A DNA stretch of 62,899 nucleotides, filler included, from Trichomonas gallinae (taxonomy: Eukaryota): assembly GCA_008369845.1 (NCBI GenBank). It is 8 parts of 8 records of this genome, joined end to end, with 100 filler letters (N's around TTAATTAATTAA, not from the genome) between each part and the next. Parts side by side here need not be neighbours in the genome. Positions count along the whole stretch, not along the records: positions 52,526 to 54,028 come from MRSU01000880.1; positions 54,129 to 61,500 come from MRSU01000881.1; positions 61,601 to 62,899 come from MRSU01000893.1; 5 more parts are not named here. One strand, written 5' to 3'. How positions within the stretch are numbered: the first letter of the stretch is position 1; each line of letters opens with the position of its first letter. Both the position numbers and the translations under genes were made by a program. Below are positions 52,526 to 62,899 of the stretch, piece after piece. The notes beneath the pieces were generated by a model, which was not told the origin of the DNA, did not search any database, and saw nothing but the letters and a program-made list of their open reading frames with translations.

Positions 52526-53053
52526 TATCCAAGATTCCTTATATCATACGAGAAATTATCAATTCTCTGTTTGATTTCGATTTTATCAAGATATTTGGTT
52601 TCTGTATCGCCTTTGTAAATATGAATAGTTTGATTTGGATCATCTATTCTATAAAATGCTGAATAAGTTAAATAATCATTGAGATTTAAATTTTGAAATT
52701 TCGAAAAATCTGATTGCAAAAGAGATTTGTCTTATATTTGCCGTATTTCATACTGCATTAAATACATATATAATTGATAATACTAATTAATTAGTTTTCA
52801 AAAAAAAAAAAAAACTCATATTTCAAGGATAAAAACAAAATGTCAATTTTTCAACGATTATTTACAGCACAATTAATAAAAATCATTGAATTGTGAAAAA
52901 TGATATAAAACTATAGAAAAATAAATTGATATCACTGATGATAAAATCATTACATTATTGATAAAGACAAAAGTTTTGTTGAAAAAAAACATGCGAATCT
53001 ACAGAAAACTCATCTTATTCATATATAAATTGATTTTATAGAAATAAAAACTA

Positions 53054-54028
53054 TTGATTTCCAAGTTGAAACCATTTGAAATATTTCGCGATAACGAATT
53101 GTATCCTTATTATTATAATGAAGAATATATTTCATTAAATATCACAATTTTTTCTGACAGTGTTCAAGAAGAAGGGAATATTTATTACTCAATTAACGAT
53201 ATAGAAATAAATTCGATAATTTACAAAATTGATTCCCATTGCCAACAAATCAGTTCGTCAATTGGAATTACAGATCTTTCTAAAGGTGAATATGCATTCG
53301 ATATTCGGGTAATAGGAAAATCAAATATATAGAATCTCAAGAACTTTCAAAGTTTTTCAAACACCAAATTTTAAGTTTGACTTCATTGGAAACAACAAAT
53401 ACAAATCTCAACAGAAATTGGCAGAGAATATCTCATTAGACATTGAAGATGGTGGTTTCATAACAATAAAATCCAAAATAAATAATATGAATTCCATAAA
53501 TATATATATTTACAAATGTTTCTCATCATCATCTGCTAGAATTGCCTCCATGTTTTCAAATTGGTGAACATTACATTGCTTTTATCTTACAAAATAATCA
53601 CAGTTGAACCAAAACTTATACTATCCCATTTACTAATTTGGTATAAATTGGTAGTTGGAGATAATTTCTAATCTTCCTAAAATCACAAGTGTTACAACTG
53701 ATAAACGAGTTTACTTCAATAATGACAATATCAAAACAGAAATCTCTACTGAAGTTTATGATGCAAAAGGTAATAATATTTTATTTCATAAGCTTGAATA
53801 AGTGTAGAACACGTACAAACAATAACCATACCTATTTTACATGATCCTAAACCAGGATTGCATAATATATCATTTTGGGTACAACATTTAGATGATACAA
53901 GTGATAAAATCATTGTAAATTTCACGTATGCAAAATTTTCAATTGATGTCAAATTAACAAACGAAAAAATCAAATCTTCTGATTCAATGTTACATGCAAA
54001 CTGTTCAATCATTTATAGTCTTGATGAT
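53054..54028 (+). pseudogene. fragmented beta-rich (Ig/Bap-like) surface-protein gene
   Basis: Short broken frames: IYYSIND...LSKGEYAFDIRVI, KPGLHNISFWVQ, IIYSLDD. Confidence 0.4.
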
Positions 54029-54128
54029 NNNNNNNNNNNNNNNNNNNNNNNNNNNNNNNNNNNNNNNNNNNNTTAATTAATTAANNNNNNNNNNNNNNNN
54101 NNNNNNNNNNNNNNNNNNNNNNNNNNNN
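54029..54128. other. artificial contig linker
   Basis: N44-TTAATTAATTAA-N44. Confidence 0.97.
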
Positions 54129-54521
54129 CCAACTATCTGTGCTGTGCAAAACTTTTGCACCATCAACATTCGTCCGTTAAAATAAGGTTATTAGTTTCCA
54201 TACCTTTAAAATTTAATTAATCCTATTGTATCATGTATTTTTAGCATAATCAAACAATTATTTATGCTATAGTATGATGAATGCTATATAAATTTTGTGC
54301 TTTAAACGACTTTGATTTTAAATTGAATTTATTTTTTGTTGGAAATGTAATAAAAAAGCTGATTTTCATCATATATCATGAACCTCCTTTAGTTATTTGT
54401 ATGTAGTAGATTATTATGATATATAGCACAATGACTAAAAACTTTGCCTGTAGAGCATTCGTCCGAAGAAAAACCAAAAAAGAGAAGTTTAAAAATAAAA
54501 AGTGCCAACTGCCGTTTAAAA

Positions 54522-57044
54522 ATGTCGGACGATTCTCCCCGCTCGACACCAGTACATAGCGAAGACGAATCTTCAGAGTCAGAGCAGAACGTTAGAAACA
54601 CTCGCTTCGGAAATGGAGTTGATTCTGAGCCAGAAGGTGAGGATCTTTTCTCAACAATTCGAAGCGATTATCGCGCTAGACCAGAGCTTGATGTTTACGA
54701 AAACGAAGGTATAGATAATGAAGAATATGAAGGACTCACTCCTTACCAAATTGCACAAGTTAACGCAGAATTAGCTCAAAGACAAGGCTCATCCGCCTTC
54801 TGGAGCACTGATGCACGTAATGCTTTGGAAGCAAGAAGAATTAGAAACTTCCTAGAAAGACCAAATCAGCAAATTAAGGCATTCGATGAAATTTTTGATA
54901 CAGAGGAAGGTTCTCAGAACATTTTCCTTCAAGATATTGTTGGTCCACTCCAGCCATATCTCGAGCGTCAAGAAGTCAAACTCGAAATCGCTAGAAAATT
55001 CAGAATTTTTGTTATCGAATTCAAAGATTCAAACAATCAGCACATTTACTCGGATAAATTAAGAAAGGTTGCCACAAACAACCTTGAAAGCTTCGAAGTT
55101 TCTTACCTAGACCTCTCACATTATAATACAATTATTGGTGTTTGGCTTGGCGATGCTCCAGACATCATCATTCCAATCCTCAGCGATGCAGCTCTTGCTA
55201 TGGTTCGCAGATTCTATCCAAATCTCGATATCAAGAAAATCACAGTCAGAATCACAAATCTTCCAATCATAGATAACATCAGAGATCTTCGTCAGATTCA
55301 CCTTGACTCTCTTGTTAGAACTAAAGGTGTTGTTACACGCTGCAATGATGTTCTTCCACATTTACTTCAAATTAAGTGGAAATGCGACAAATGCGGACAA
55401 ATCCATGGCCCATTCGAAGTATCAGATGAGAAAATCTATCCACCATCATTCTGCGCTGCCTGCAACTCAAAGGGACCATTCAAGATGGAAGATGGATCAA
55501 CATTATATAGGAACTACCAAAGAATCACAATCCAAGAGCCACCGAACAGTGTCCCACCTGGCAGACTTCCACGCACAAAGGAGGTCATCCTGCTCGATGA
55601 TAATGCAGGCATGGTTCGTCCTGGCGAAGAGATTGACGTCACAGGTGTCTACAAACATGTTATGCATGTCAAACAGACAGGTTTTGCAGTCTTTTCGACA
55701 ATCATAGAAGCGAACTACGTCCTCAGATCAGGCGACAACTATAATGTCATGAGCATCACAGAGGAAGAGAAAGACCAGATACTCAAACTCTCACAATCCG
55801 ATGACTTAGAGGATAGAATTTTCGATGCCATTGCTCCGGCCATTCACGGACATAGAGACATCAAAGCTGCGATTGCAATGTCGCTTTTCGGCGGCACACG
55901 TGTTGAAGAGAAAGGCCACACAGTTCGTGGAGACATCAACATCATCTTGCTTGGTGATCCTGGTACAGCTAAGAGTCAGTTCCTTCAATACGCGAGAGAT
56001 ATAGCGCCAAGATCAATCTATACTACAGGCAAAGGTGCATCTGCTGTCGGTCTTACTGCTGCTTTGCACAGAGACCACGCAAGCGGCGAGTGGACAATCG
56101 AAGGTGGTGCCTTGGTGCTCGCTGATGGTGGCGTTTGCTTGATCGACGAGTTCGATAAGATGTCAGATAAAGACAGAAATTCATTGCACGAGGCTATGGA
56201 GCAGCAGACAATTTCTATCTCAAAGGGTGGCATCGTCACAACATTACAGGCAAGATGCTCCATAATTGCAGCTTGCAACCCAATAAGAGACAGGTACCAG
56301 CCTTCTCTGTCTTTCCTTGAAAACTCAGGCTTAACTGAACCAATTTTAACAAGATTTGACGTAATTTGCGTTGTCAGAGATATTATCGATCAAGTTGCCG
56401 ACGAGAACCTTGCTAAGTTCGTCTGCAGGAACCACCAGGGCTATGAGCAGCCGTCAGGCGACATTTCACGCGACTTGCTCAAGAAATACATCTCTTATGC
56501 AAGGGCGAACGTTCACACAAAAATTTCTGGCGCCGACAAAAACAAATTGTCAAATCTCTACTCAGACTTGAGAAAACAGTCTGACGCTTATGGTGGACAA
56601 TCTATCACTGTCAGAAACTTCGAGTCTATGATCAGACTTGCAGAAGCTCACGCGAGAATGCACTTGAGACAGAATGTTACGGATGATGATACAAACTTTG
56701 CTATTAAATTAGTTGTAGAGTCATTTTTGAGCACACAGAAATACTCAGCCCAGAAGAACTTGAAGAAGGTATTCCAGCCATATATCCATGATGATCAAGG
56801 AAAGCACGAGATTCTCATGAGAATCTTGATGCAGATGATAAAGGAGAAGGAAAACTTCGCCGCTATGAGAAAGAATATGCCAGATGCAGATGATGAGACA
56901 ATCACTGTGTCTAAACTTGATTTCGAGAAGCAGGCGAAGATGAATCATATTGATTCTATTGCTGGATTCTTTAATTCGACTAATTTCAGAAGAAGTGGAC
57001 TTGTTATTAGAGAAAATGAAATTATTAGGCCAGCTACTCGTTAA
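54522..57044 (+). CDS. MCM2: DNA replication licensing factor MCM2
   Basis: N-terminal EGEDLF...DYRARPELDVYE, C4 zinc finger, VPPGRLPR, Walker A GDPGTAKSQ, IDEFDKM, arginine finger TRFD. A GCCGTT (Myb/M3-like) site sits just upstream. Confidence 0.96.
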   Translation: MSDDSPRSTPVHSEDESSESEQNVRNTRFGNGVDSEPEGEDLFSTIRSDYRARPELDVYENEGIDNEEYEGLTPYQIAQVNAELAQRQGSSAFWSTDARNALEARRIRNFLERPNQQIKAFDEIFDTEEGSQNIFLQDIVGPLQPYLERQEVKLEIARKFRIFVIEFKDSNNQHIYSDKLRKVATNNLESFEVSYLDLSHYNTIIGVWLGDAPDIIIPILSDAALAMVRRFYPNLDIKKITVRITNLPIIDNIRDLRQIHLDSLVRTKGVVTRCNDVLPHLLQIKWKCDKCGQIHGPFEVSDEKIYPPSFCAACNSKGPFKMEDGSTLYRNYQRITIQEPPNSVPPGRLPRTKEVILLDDNAGMVRPGEEIDVTGVYKHVMHVKQTGFAVFSTIIEANYVLRSGDNYNVMSITEEEKDQILKLSQSDDLEDRIFDAIAPAIHGHRDIKAAIAMSLFGGTRVEEKGHTVRGDINIILLGDPGTAKSQFLQYARDIAPRSIYTTGKGASAVGLTAALHRDHASGEWTIEGGALVLADGGVCLIDEFDKMSDKDRNSLHEAMEQQTISISKGGIVTTLQARCSIIAACNPIRDRYQPSLSFLENSGLTEPILTRFDVICVVRDIIDQVADENLAKFVCRNHQGYEQPSGDISRDLLKKYISYARANVHTKISGADKNKLSNLYSDLRKQSDAYGGQSITVRNFESMIRLAEAHARMHLRQNVTDDDTNFAIKLVVESFLSTQKYSAQKNLKKVFQPYIHDDQGKHEILMRILMQMIKEKENFAAMRKNMPDADDETITVSKLDFEKQAKMNHIDSIAGFFNSTNFRRSGLVIRENEIIRPATR

Positions 57045-57320
57045 TTTCTTGAAATGTACATATTTCGATTTGATTTTTTTAAAATTTTGAATATAAATTT
57101 TACTTCAATTGTCTGTAAATATCCACTTTTTATCTAATTCTATAGTTCATTGCAAAAGAAAAAACATTTTCAAATTAAATTTGACTTGAATCTGAACAAA
57201 ACTGTAATTTATCAAAAATTTACCTTTATTATCTATTAAAAATTCAACAATTTATCAATGATCTGCGAAAATCAATGATAATAAAAAATAAAATTGAACA
57301 TTAGGATATTTTGTAATCAC

Positions 57321-57632
57321 TTATTTCTTATTTGGCTTGTTTTGTTTACGATCGAATGATTTTTCTTTTCTATCTGGCTTACGATCGAAATGTTTTTCAT
57401 TCTTATCATTTCTTGGATTCTTTTTGTTGTCGAATTTATTGAATTTACCCTTCTTCTTGTATTTTTCAGAATCTTTTTCGGCATTTTCTGGATTATCATC
57501 ATTTTCATTATGATTTGGTTTTCTCTTTGTGTCTTTTGTCTTAACATCATCTGTTTCATCGTCCAGATCCTTGTCAAGCTTCGTGTTTACTAAGCCGCAA
57601 AGACCAGTGAAATAAGATAAATCGTCTTCCAT
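57321..57632 (-). CDS. small Lys/Asp/Asn-rich protein
   Basis: 103-aa ORF with Inr-like TCATT directly before the ATG and shared upstream motifs. Confidence 0.6.
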   Translation of the reverse strand: MEDDLSYFTGLCGLVNTKLDKDLDDETDDVKTKDTKRKPNHNENDDNPENAEKDSEKYKKKGKFNKFDNKKNPRNDKNEKHFDRKPDRKEKSFDRKQNKPNKK

Positions 57633-57741
57633 AATGAAGACACTTTTCTCGTGTTAGACCCTAATTTTAAAAATTAGAAAGGAGTACTGCCACTTTTTGG
57701 GAAATTCTGCCAATGTAAAGTGCCAAAAGTCAATAATGTGA

Positions 57742-57753
57742 TTTGACATGTAA
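57742..57753. promoter_or_regulatory. TTTGACATGTAA upstream motif
   Basis: Exact 12-mer ~110 bp upstream of ATG 57632. Confidence 0.5.
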
Positions 57754-57829
57754 TGTATCAAAAATGCATTATTGTTAGCTCTGTTCATTATCCTCTTATA
57801 TTCAAATAGAATTTTTCTTTAAATTTTCA

Positions 57830-58215
57830 TCTATACTTTTCCGATGCTCCACCTGGCAGATCTTGGCATGTATAGTTGTAAGAGAAGGTTTAATGAAAAT
57901 TCAAGTATCTGAAAGGTGTTTCAATTGATACAGAAATGGGATATTTGCCGATGTTTTCTGAGCTGTTACGAGCTTGTGTGAATAAAAAGCGACTCGAGAC
58001 ATCGTCTTCAAGAAGGCCAAATTCTTTTGTAAAGTCTAAGAAATTTTCGTGATTTTTGATTTTATCGATAATTTTTAGACATACTGGAACTCTTCCTCCA
58101 GATCCGCCGCGATAATGCTCAATAGAGTCAGAAAAGAATTGCAACCAAATACTGGTCGGGGCAAAGGTAATTACCAGAACGGATTGATGGATCGTCTAGA
58201 GATTTTGTAAGAAAA
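57830..58215 (-). pseudogene. unidentified gene relic
   Basis: Coding-like GC content; an 84-aa frame (FFSDSIEHYRGGSGGRVP...) continues past an in-frame TAA; no ATG. Confidence 0.35.
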
Positions 58216-58786
58216 GCAAAAAGGAAAAACAGCATTATATTTAAGGATTCGGCACTTTTATTTAAGGTTATATATTTTTGACTACTAAGTCAAAACTGTA
58301 ACAGATTTACAAATTTTGATTTTTGACAATTGTACAAAGCAAATTTTCTGAATTATAATACCTAGAAAAAAAATCCCATTAACAAGAACAGAACAACGCC
58401 AGTTGTATTTTACACAAAATAGAGCTAGCTCTATTGCAACACAAACATTGTTGTAGTCATCTTACAAACTTCACTAATAAATTAATAGATAACATCAATG
58501 CAAAATAAACAATATTTCATATTTGGCCACATTTTTGACGTGTAAATTATATATTTGACTATATTGTCAAATTTAGCATAATATGAGATTCATGAATGTA
58601 AAAAGTGATCCATTTTAGCAATATTTACTAAAAGAAATTTTGTAAACTTTTCATATTGTTTCATCTTCTGCATGAATTTGATATTATTTCCATATCATAC
58701 TGATTGGTAAAATAAATAATAGTACTCAACGAACAGGTCAAAGAAAAGAGGATAGATCAAATATGAACAATACAAGAGGACAAATA

Positions 58787-58798
58787 TTTGACATGTAA
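58787..58798. promoter_or_regulatory. TTTGACATGTAA upstream motif
   Basis: Exact 12-mer ~92 bp upstream of ATG 58891; variant TTTGACGTGTAA at 58534. Confidence 0.55.
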
Positions 58799-58890
58799 AT
58801 ATTATATTTGACATAATTCTCATAAAAATTGATATGTTTACAAATTATTTGACAGATTTTATTTTTAAACGGCATATCTCGTGTAAAAAA

Positions 58891-59679
58891 ATGGATAAAG
58901 CGGCACAAATTGAGTTACTCAAGAAAGAACATGAAGTTGCAATTGATAATTTCGATTTTGATCGTGCAGAAAGCATATCGATGCAGATAAAGAAGCTACA
59001 GGCGGCAAAAAACAAGCCTTTTGCAAGAGATACGAATTTAGATGAAGAGAATGAAAAGCTGAAAACGTCAGCAAACAAAGCAAAAACAAAAACCACCCAA
59101 GATAGGGTTGAATTGCAGAGAAGATTCCATGAAAGATTCCAAGAATTAACTAAACAGCACACAGAAGAGCTTAATAACTTAAGCCTTTCATATGCTCTCG
59201 CCAGAGAAAGAGAGCTAAAGCGCCCTGTGCATGAAGCTTCAATAAAATATGAGCAAGCAAAGAAATTCGGAACAGCGCACAACTACCAAATGGCCAGAAA
59301 CCTTTATCAAGAGGCCCAGGAAATAGAAAACACGGTCAGAGAAAAGAGGACAAATCAAATTGAGGAACAATATAAGAGGCAAAAAGCAAAACTCGAAGCT
59401 CGCCAAAAACGAGAAACAGATTTGCTGGCTGAAAAGCAGCGCGCTGCATTGCAAGAGCTAGAACTCAGGGCTTCAAAGGAAATATCAAGACTGAATCGCG
59501 TTCAAAAAGCTAATGAATTTAAATCAACGCTTAAATCCAGGGAAATACCACGTGTTAGCGGAACGATGACACCTAAAAAGCGATCTGCGTCTGTTTCTTC
59601 ATCTAGAGTACCATCATCTGCTAGAAGTTCTAGAAGTTCAAGAGTTTCCTCGAGGTTAAGCATTAACTCGCCAATTTAA
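58891..59679 (+). CDS. coiled-coil protein with Ser/Arg-rich tail
   Basis: UVR-like AIDNFDFDRAESI, heptads, NYQMA. ATG 58834 is an alternative start. Confidence 0.75.
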   Translation: MDKAAQIELLKKEHEVAIDNFDFDRAESISMQIKKLQAAKNKPFARDTNLDEENEKLKTSANKAKTKTTQDRVELQRRFHERFQELTKQHTEELNNLSLSYALARERELKRPVHEASIKYEQAKKFGTAHNYQMARNLYQEAQEIENTVREKRTNQIEEQYKRQKAKLEARQKRETDLLAEKQRAALQELELRASKEISRLNRVQKANEFKSTLKSREIPRVSGTMTPKKRSASVSSSRVPSSARSSRSSRVSSRLSINSPI

Positions 59680-60199
59680 TTAGATGATATCTCAACACAA
59701 ATAGTTTCAACGCAATTTCCATTATTTATTGTTGAGATATATCTCATATTTTACAAATTGAAAAATATAACTTAACTTAGATTCTTTTATCTGAGTAATA
59801 ATACAAAATGAATTTTTGGTACCAAATATTTCTTGATTAAGCTTAATGATCGAATTTCTAATGTTAATAAATTGTTATTTTCTAAATATACAACAAAATT
59901 ATCCCTAGAAAACCTAAGAAACTACTCATAATTGGATATGCATAACATTGGTACCAATGACGATAGAAATGACGTTAAATTCATAGCGTGCCTAGAAATG
60001 AAGCCTTTTTGGAGCACAGAAATGCTCAAAGGCTGCATTCTTGTGACAAATACACGAATCACCCCTATGTGCATCGACTAGCTAAGTTTGGGGTCAAATT
60101 TCCGATTTTAGTGAATTGGTACACTTCAACATTGGTATTTTTACCAGCATTTTTTTCAATAACAGTTTGATGGAGTTTGACCCAATTGGCAGTGCCCAC

Positions 60200-61113
60200 G
60201 TCCATCACATATATGACAATGAACGACAAATTCATTGAAGTTCTTGATAAGGATCAGTTGTCTGAGTGTTTGAAGCACATTTTTCTTAATATGGACGACT
60301 CACTTTACATTCTCAACCAAGTTCAGTCTAAATACAATGTTTCAGACAGATTCAAGTCCATTCAACATATTACTACTGACTTTGGTGAAGAAAATGAATT
60401 TGAAAAATTCATTGAAATTGTCAGATATTTATTTAAATGTCTGTACCTTGGCATCCTAGATTATATATAGCAGCCATCATTGAGAATATACTTTCCAAAA
60501 TTGACCAACTTACTTCTGAAATCAAACAAAAATCAGAAAAAACGGCATCAAAAACTGATGCTCAAACGCAAGCACAACAAACATCACAGACACAAAACCT
60601 GGCAGTTCACAAAAACATCGAAGAAATGAAAAAGATTTCGAAAACAGCGATAATTTTGATAAAATCGACGAAATTTGCGAAAGAATTGCAACAGAAAATG
60701 ACGAAGTCAGTGACAGATAATAATTATTTTGGAAGTAGCATCTTCTTTAAAGCAGCTTTGGATAAACGACATGGTTCATTTTTTTGATCTAATCTGGCAT
60801 TTATATTAACTGTAGAGACAAGCTAGATTGCAATGCATTGAAGCGAACTTCAAGAGAAAGTCGTCAAATTCCTTCTTGCAATTCCTGGAATAGTTGTAAA
60901 CGCAAAAGACATAGATAGCAGCTTTATTAGAATCTTCTGAATTTGGCCATCATGAAGTTGTCAAACTTCTTCTTGCTGTTCCTGGAATCGAAGTAAACGC
61001 AAAAAAAAAAAAAAAAAAAAAAAAACATTTGGGGCAAAACAGCATTGAGTTATGCTTCAGAAAATAATCGACATTAGATCGTAAAAATGTTGAAAGCTCA
61101 TTGTGTAATCTAA
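60200..61113 (+). pseudogene. ankyrin-repeat pseudogene
   Basis: Frameshifted pieces: KFIEVLDKDQLSECLKH, VVKFLLAIPGIVVNAKD, GHHEVVKLLLAVPGIEVNAK, GKTALSYASENN; internal A25 tract. Confidence 0.75.
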
Positions 61114-61500
61114 TTTAAACGAATTATGCACTTTTGCAATATATTTATTGCTATTTTATGTAATTATCCGCACTTTATATATGGCAGGAGAAAACTGTCC
61201 GTGAATAAGTCAAATGTTATTTTATAGCAAATATATATAGATGCAATATCACATCATTGGTAAAATTGTGAATAATGTATTCTTATTTCAAAATGATATG
61301 TGATTGGAGATATTTGCTTTAAAATATATTAATTTGAGTCAAATTACTCATTAACATCAAAGTTGCATTCAATTTATATGATCACATAATAAAAATTTGA
61401 CAATTGTCAAAAATCATATTGTTAAAAGTGACAAAGCCTCCTTTTTATTTCATGCACCCCCTATGATAATTATTTACTTGACAAAAACAAAACTTTACAT

Positions 61501-61600
61501 NNNNNNNNNNNNNNNNNNNNNNNNNNNNNNNNNNNNNNNNNNNNTTAATTAATTAANNNNNNNNNNNNNNNNNNNNNNNNNNNNNNNNNNNNNNNNNNNN
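61501..61600. other. artificial contig linker
   Basis: N44-TTAATTAATTAA-N44. Confidence 0.97.
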
Positions 61601-62899
61601 ATGGACATAAAAATGATACTTTATAACTTTGAGATCTCAAATCCTATCACAAAGCCAGAAAGCGAGTTGAAACACTTCTGAATTGAGTGATATTAATTAA
61701 AAAGTAATATGTTGCTTGAATGCTTTATTATCCATATATTTCGTTTAAAAATTAGTTTTCAACGAGTCAATTTAGCTGAATATAGTTTTATTTGCAAAAA
61801 TTATTTAGGCAGTTGATGAAAAGTATCAATAGACAATATCTTCACTCTGTGTATGTGCGTTATTACATGTGCAAATGTATATTTCTTGACTAAAAATAAA
61901 AATACAACATTGACAAAGATTTTATAATAAACGACTTAACCACACTTTCATATGAAACAAAATATCCATATAATACGCATTCATTAGTACTAAAGTTCAC
62001 GTCCATGACTCAAAAAACATCTCGACGATTAAAATGTCCAGATCCATCATAGAAGGTTTTAAGGTATAAAATATCATCATCTATACAATGTAATATCATA
62101 CACTATGCATATTTCATGTAAAATACAACATTTTAATATTATTATAAATTTTTACATGAGCACAAAAAATAATCATAGCAAAAATGATCTTGCTCGAATG
62201 TATTTGGATTATTGTTGCCATATTTTTCGCAGAATTTGACTGTCTGTGTTCTCATATCATTGGTATATTCAACAACAGGAAAAATCAACCGCAATTGTTG
62301 ATCATTCATTGTCTTAATTGAGCTTGATTAATAATGATCAGCCACTCTCCTGATGTCATGAATTCTCCTGGTTTCTCTGCAAAATCGTCAATCTTGCGCC
62401 AATTTTTTAGTCATCTTGGAATGTCAATAAATTCTAATTCTGTTGTAACTTTGGATGATATTTTGGTTTCTGGATGGAAATAAATAAGTCCATCAAATAC
62501 ATCTTTCATTAAGAAACTGATTGGCTTTATTATAAATTGAAAAAATTCTCAATTTTTTTTTTTTTGACAAATATAAGGATTTTAAAAGCAAATTGTCAAA
62601 ATTTTATTCGACCAAGAAGTTTGAAAATATGGATCCTGGAAAATTCCAGGATGATTTCCAAATCTGCATCTCTACTCGTTATATCAAGAAATACATATTT
62701 TTATAGTTTGAAAAAAAAAAAATATGAGCTTTATTCACCAAACGACAGGAAAATCACAAATCCTATCATGAATATATCACGGTTCTTCAGTCCGCAATCA
62801 TCAAAATATGATCACTCAGAAGTAGTATATGATGCGGGCTACTTGTCATTCTAGATATAGAGGATGTATCCCAACAACGATATTTAGACTACATATCCG

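Noticed and set aside
48937..57044. Apparent replication cluster (AND-1/Ctf4 near MCM2), and two PIKKs in one window
   Set aside because: The genes lie on different contigs separated by artificial linkers, so linkage is unsupported.
11944..61600. TTAATTAATTAA repeated seven times between N runs
   Set aside because: Assembly or annotation linker with six-frame stops; not biological.
1..62899. Spliceosomal introns and genetic-code reassignment
   Set aside because: No trichomonad-type CTAAC...AG intron ends were seen where they could explain the missing starts (inspection was not exhaustive). Conserved genes are uninterrupted and end at TAA, TAG or TGA under the standard code.
1..62899. CRISPR arrays, operons or prokaryotic defence systems
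   Set aside because: Eukaryotic gene content; no regularly spaced repeats and no bacterial-type genes seen.

Overview
AT-rich, compact eukaryotic DNA with no introns that I could see, very likely from a trichomonad (Parabasalia). The evidence is BspA-like LRR genes, a DUF3447-type ankyrin protein, an IBP39-type initiator-binding-domain protein, and Inr/AAAGTGAC promoter motifs. The window is not continuous. It is 8 contigs joined by seven 100-bp artificial linkers (N44-TTAATTAATTAA-N44), so adjacency across a linker means nothing biologically. Recognisable genes: TRRAP/Tra1-like pseudo-PIKK, TOR-like PIKK, MCM2, AND-1/Ctf4-like protein, a probable divergent KNL1/Spc105, a USP deubiquitinase, a GT77 glycosyltransferase, two CXXC-less PDI-like ER proteins, a MATE transporter, a Kelch protein, a Ste24/M48 protease, a zinc-knuckle protein, a BAR-SH3-like protein, partial RPL5, tRNA-Ala(CGC) and several pseudogenes. 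Most notable observations: (1) a recurrent 12-bp upstream motif, TTTGACATGTAA, and a second composite promoter module; (2) two otherwise intact genes with no in-frame ATG at their apparent start; (3) a 6.5-kb contig bounded by a 117-bp inverted duplication; (4) a repeated pogo/Tc2-like transposon end; (5) a TOR with a degenerate FRB domain and DFS in place of DFG. All protein assignments come from motif recognition by eye; no database searches were run.
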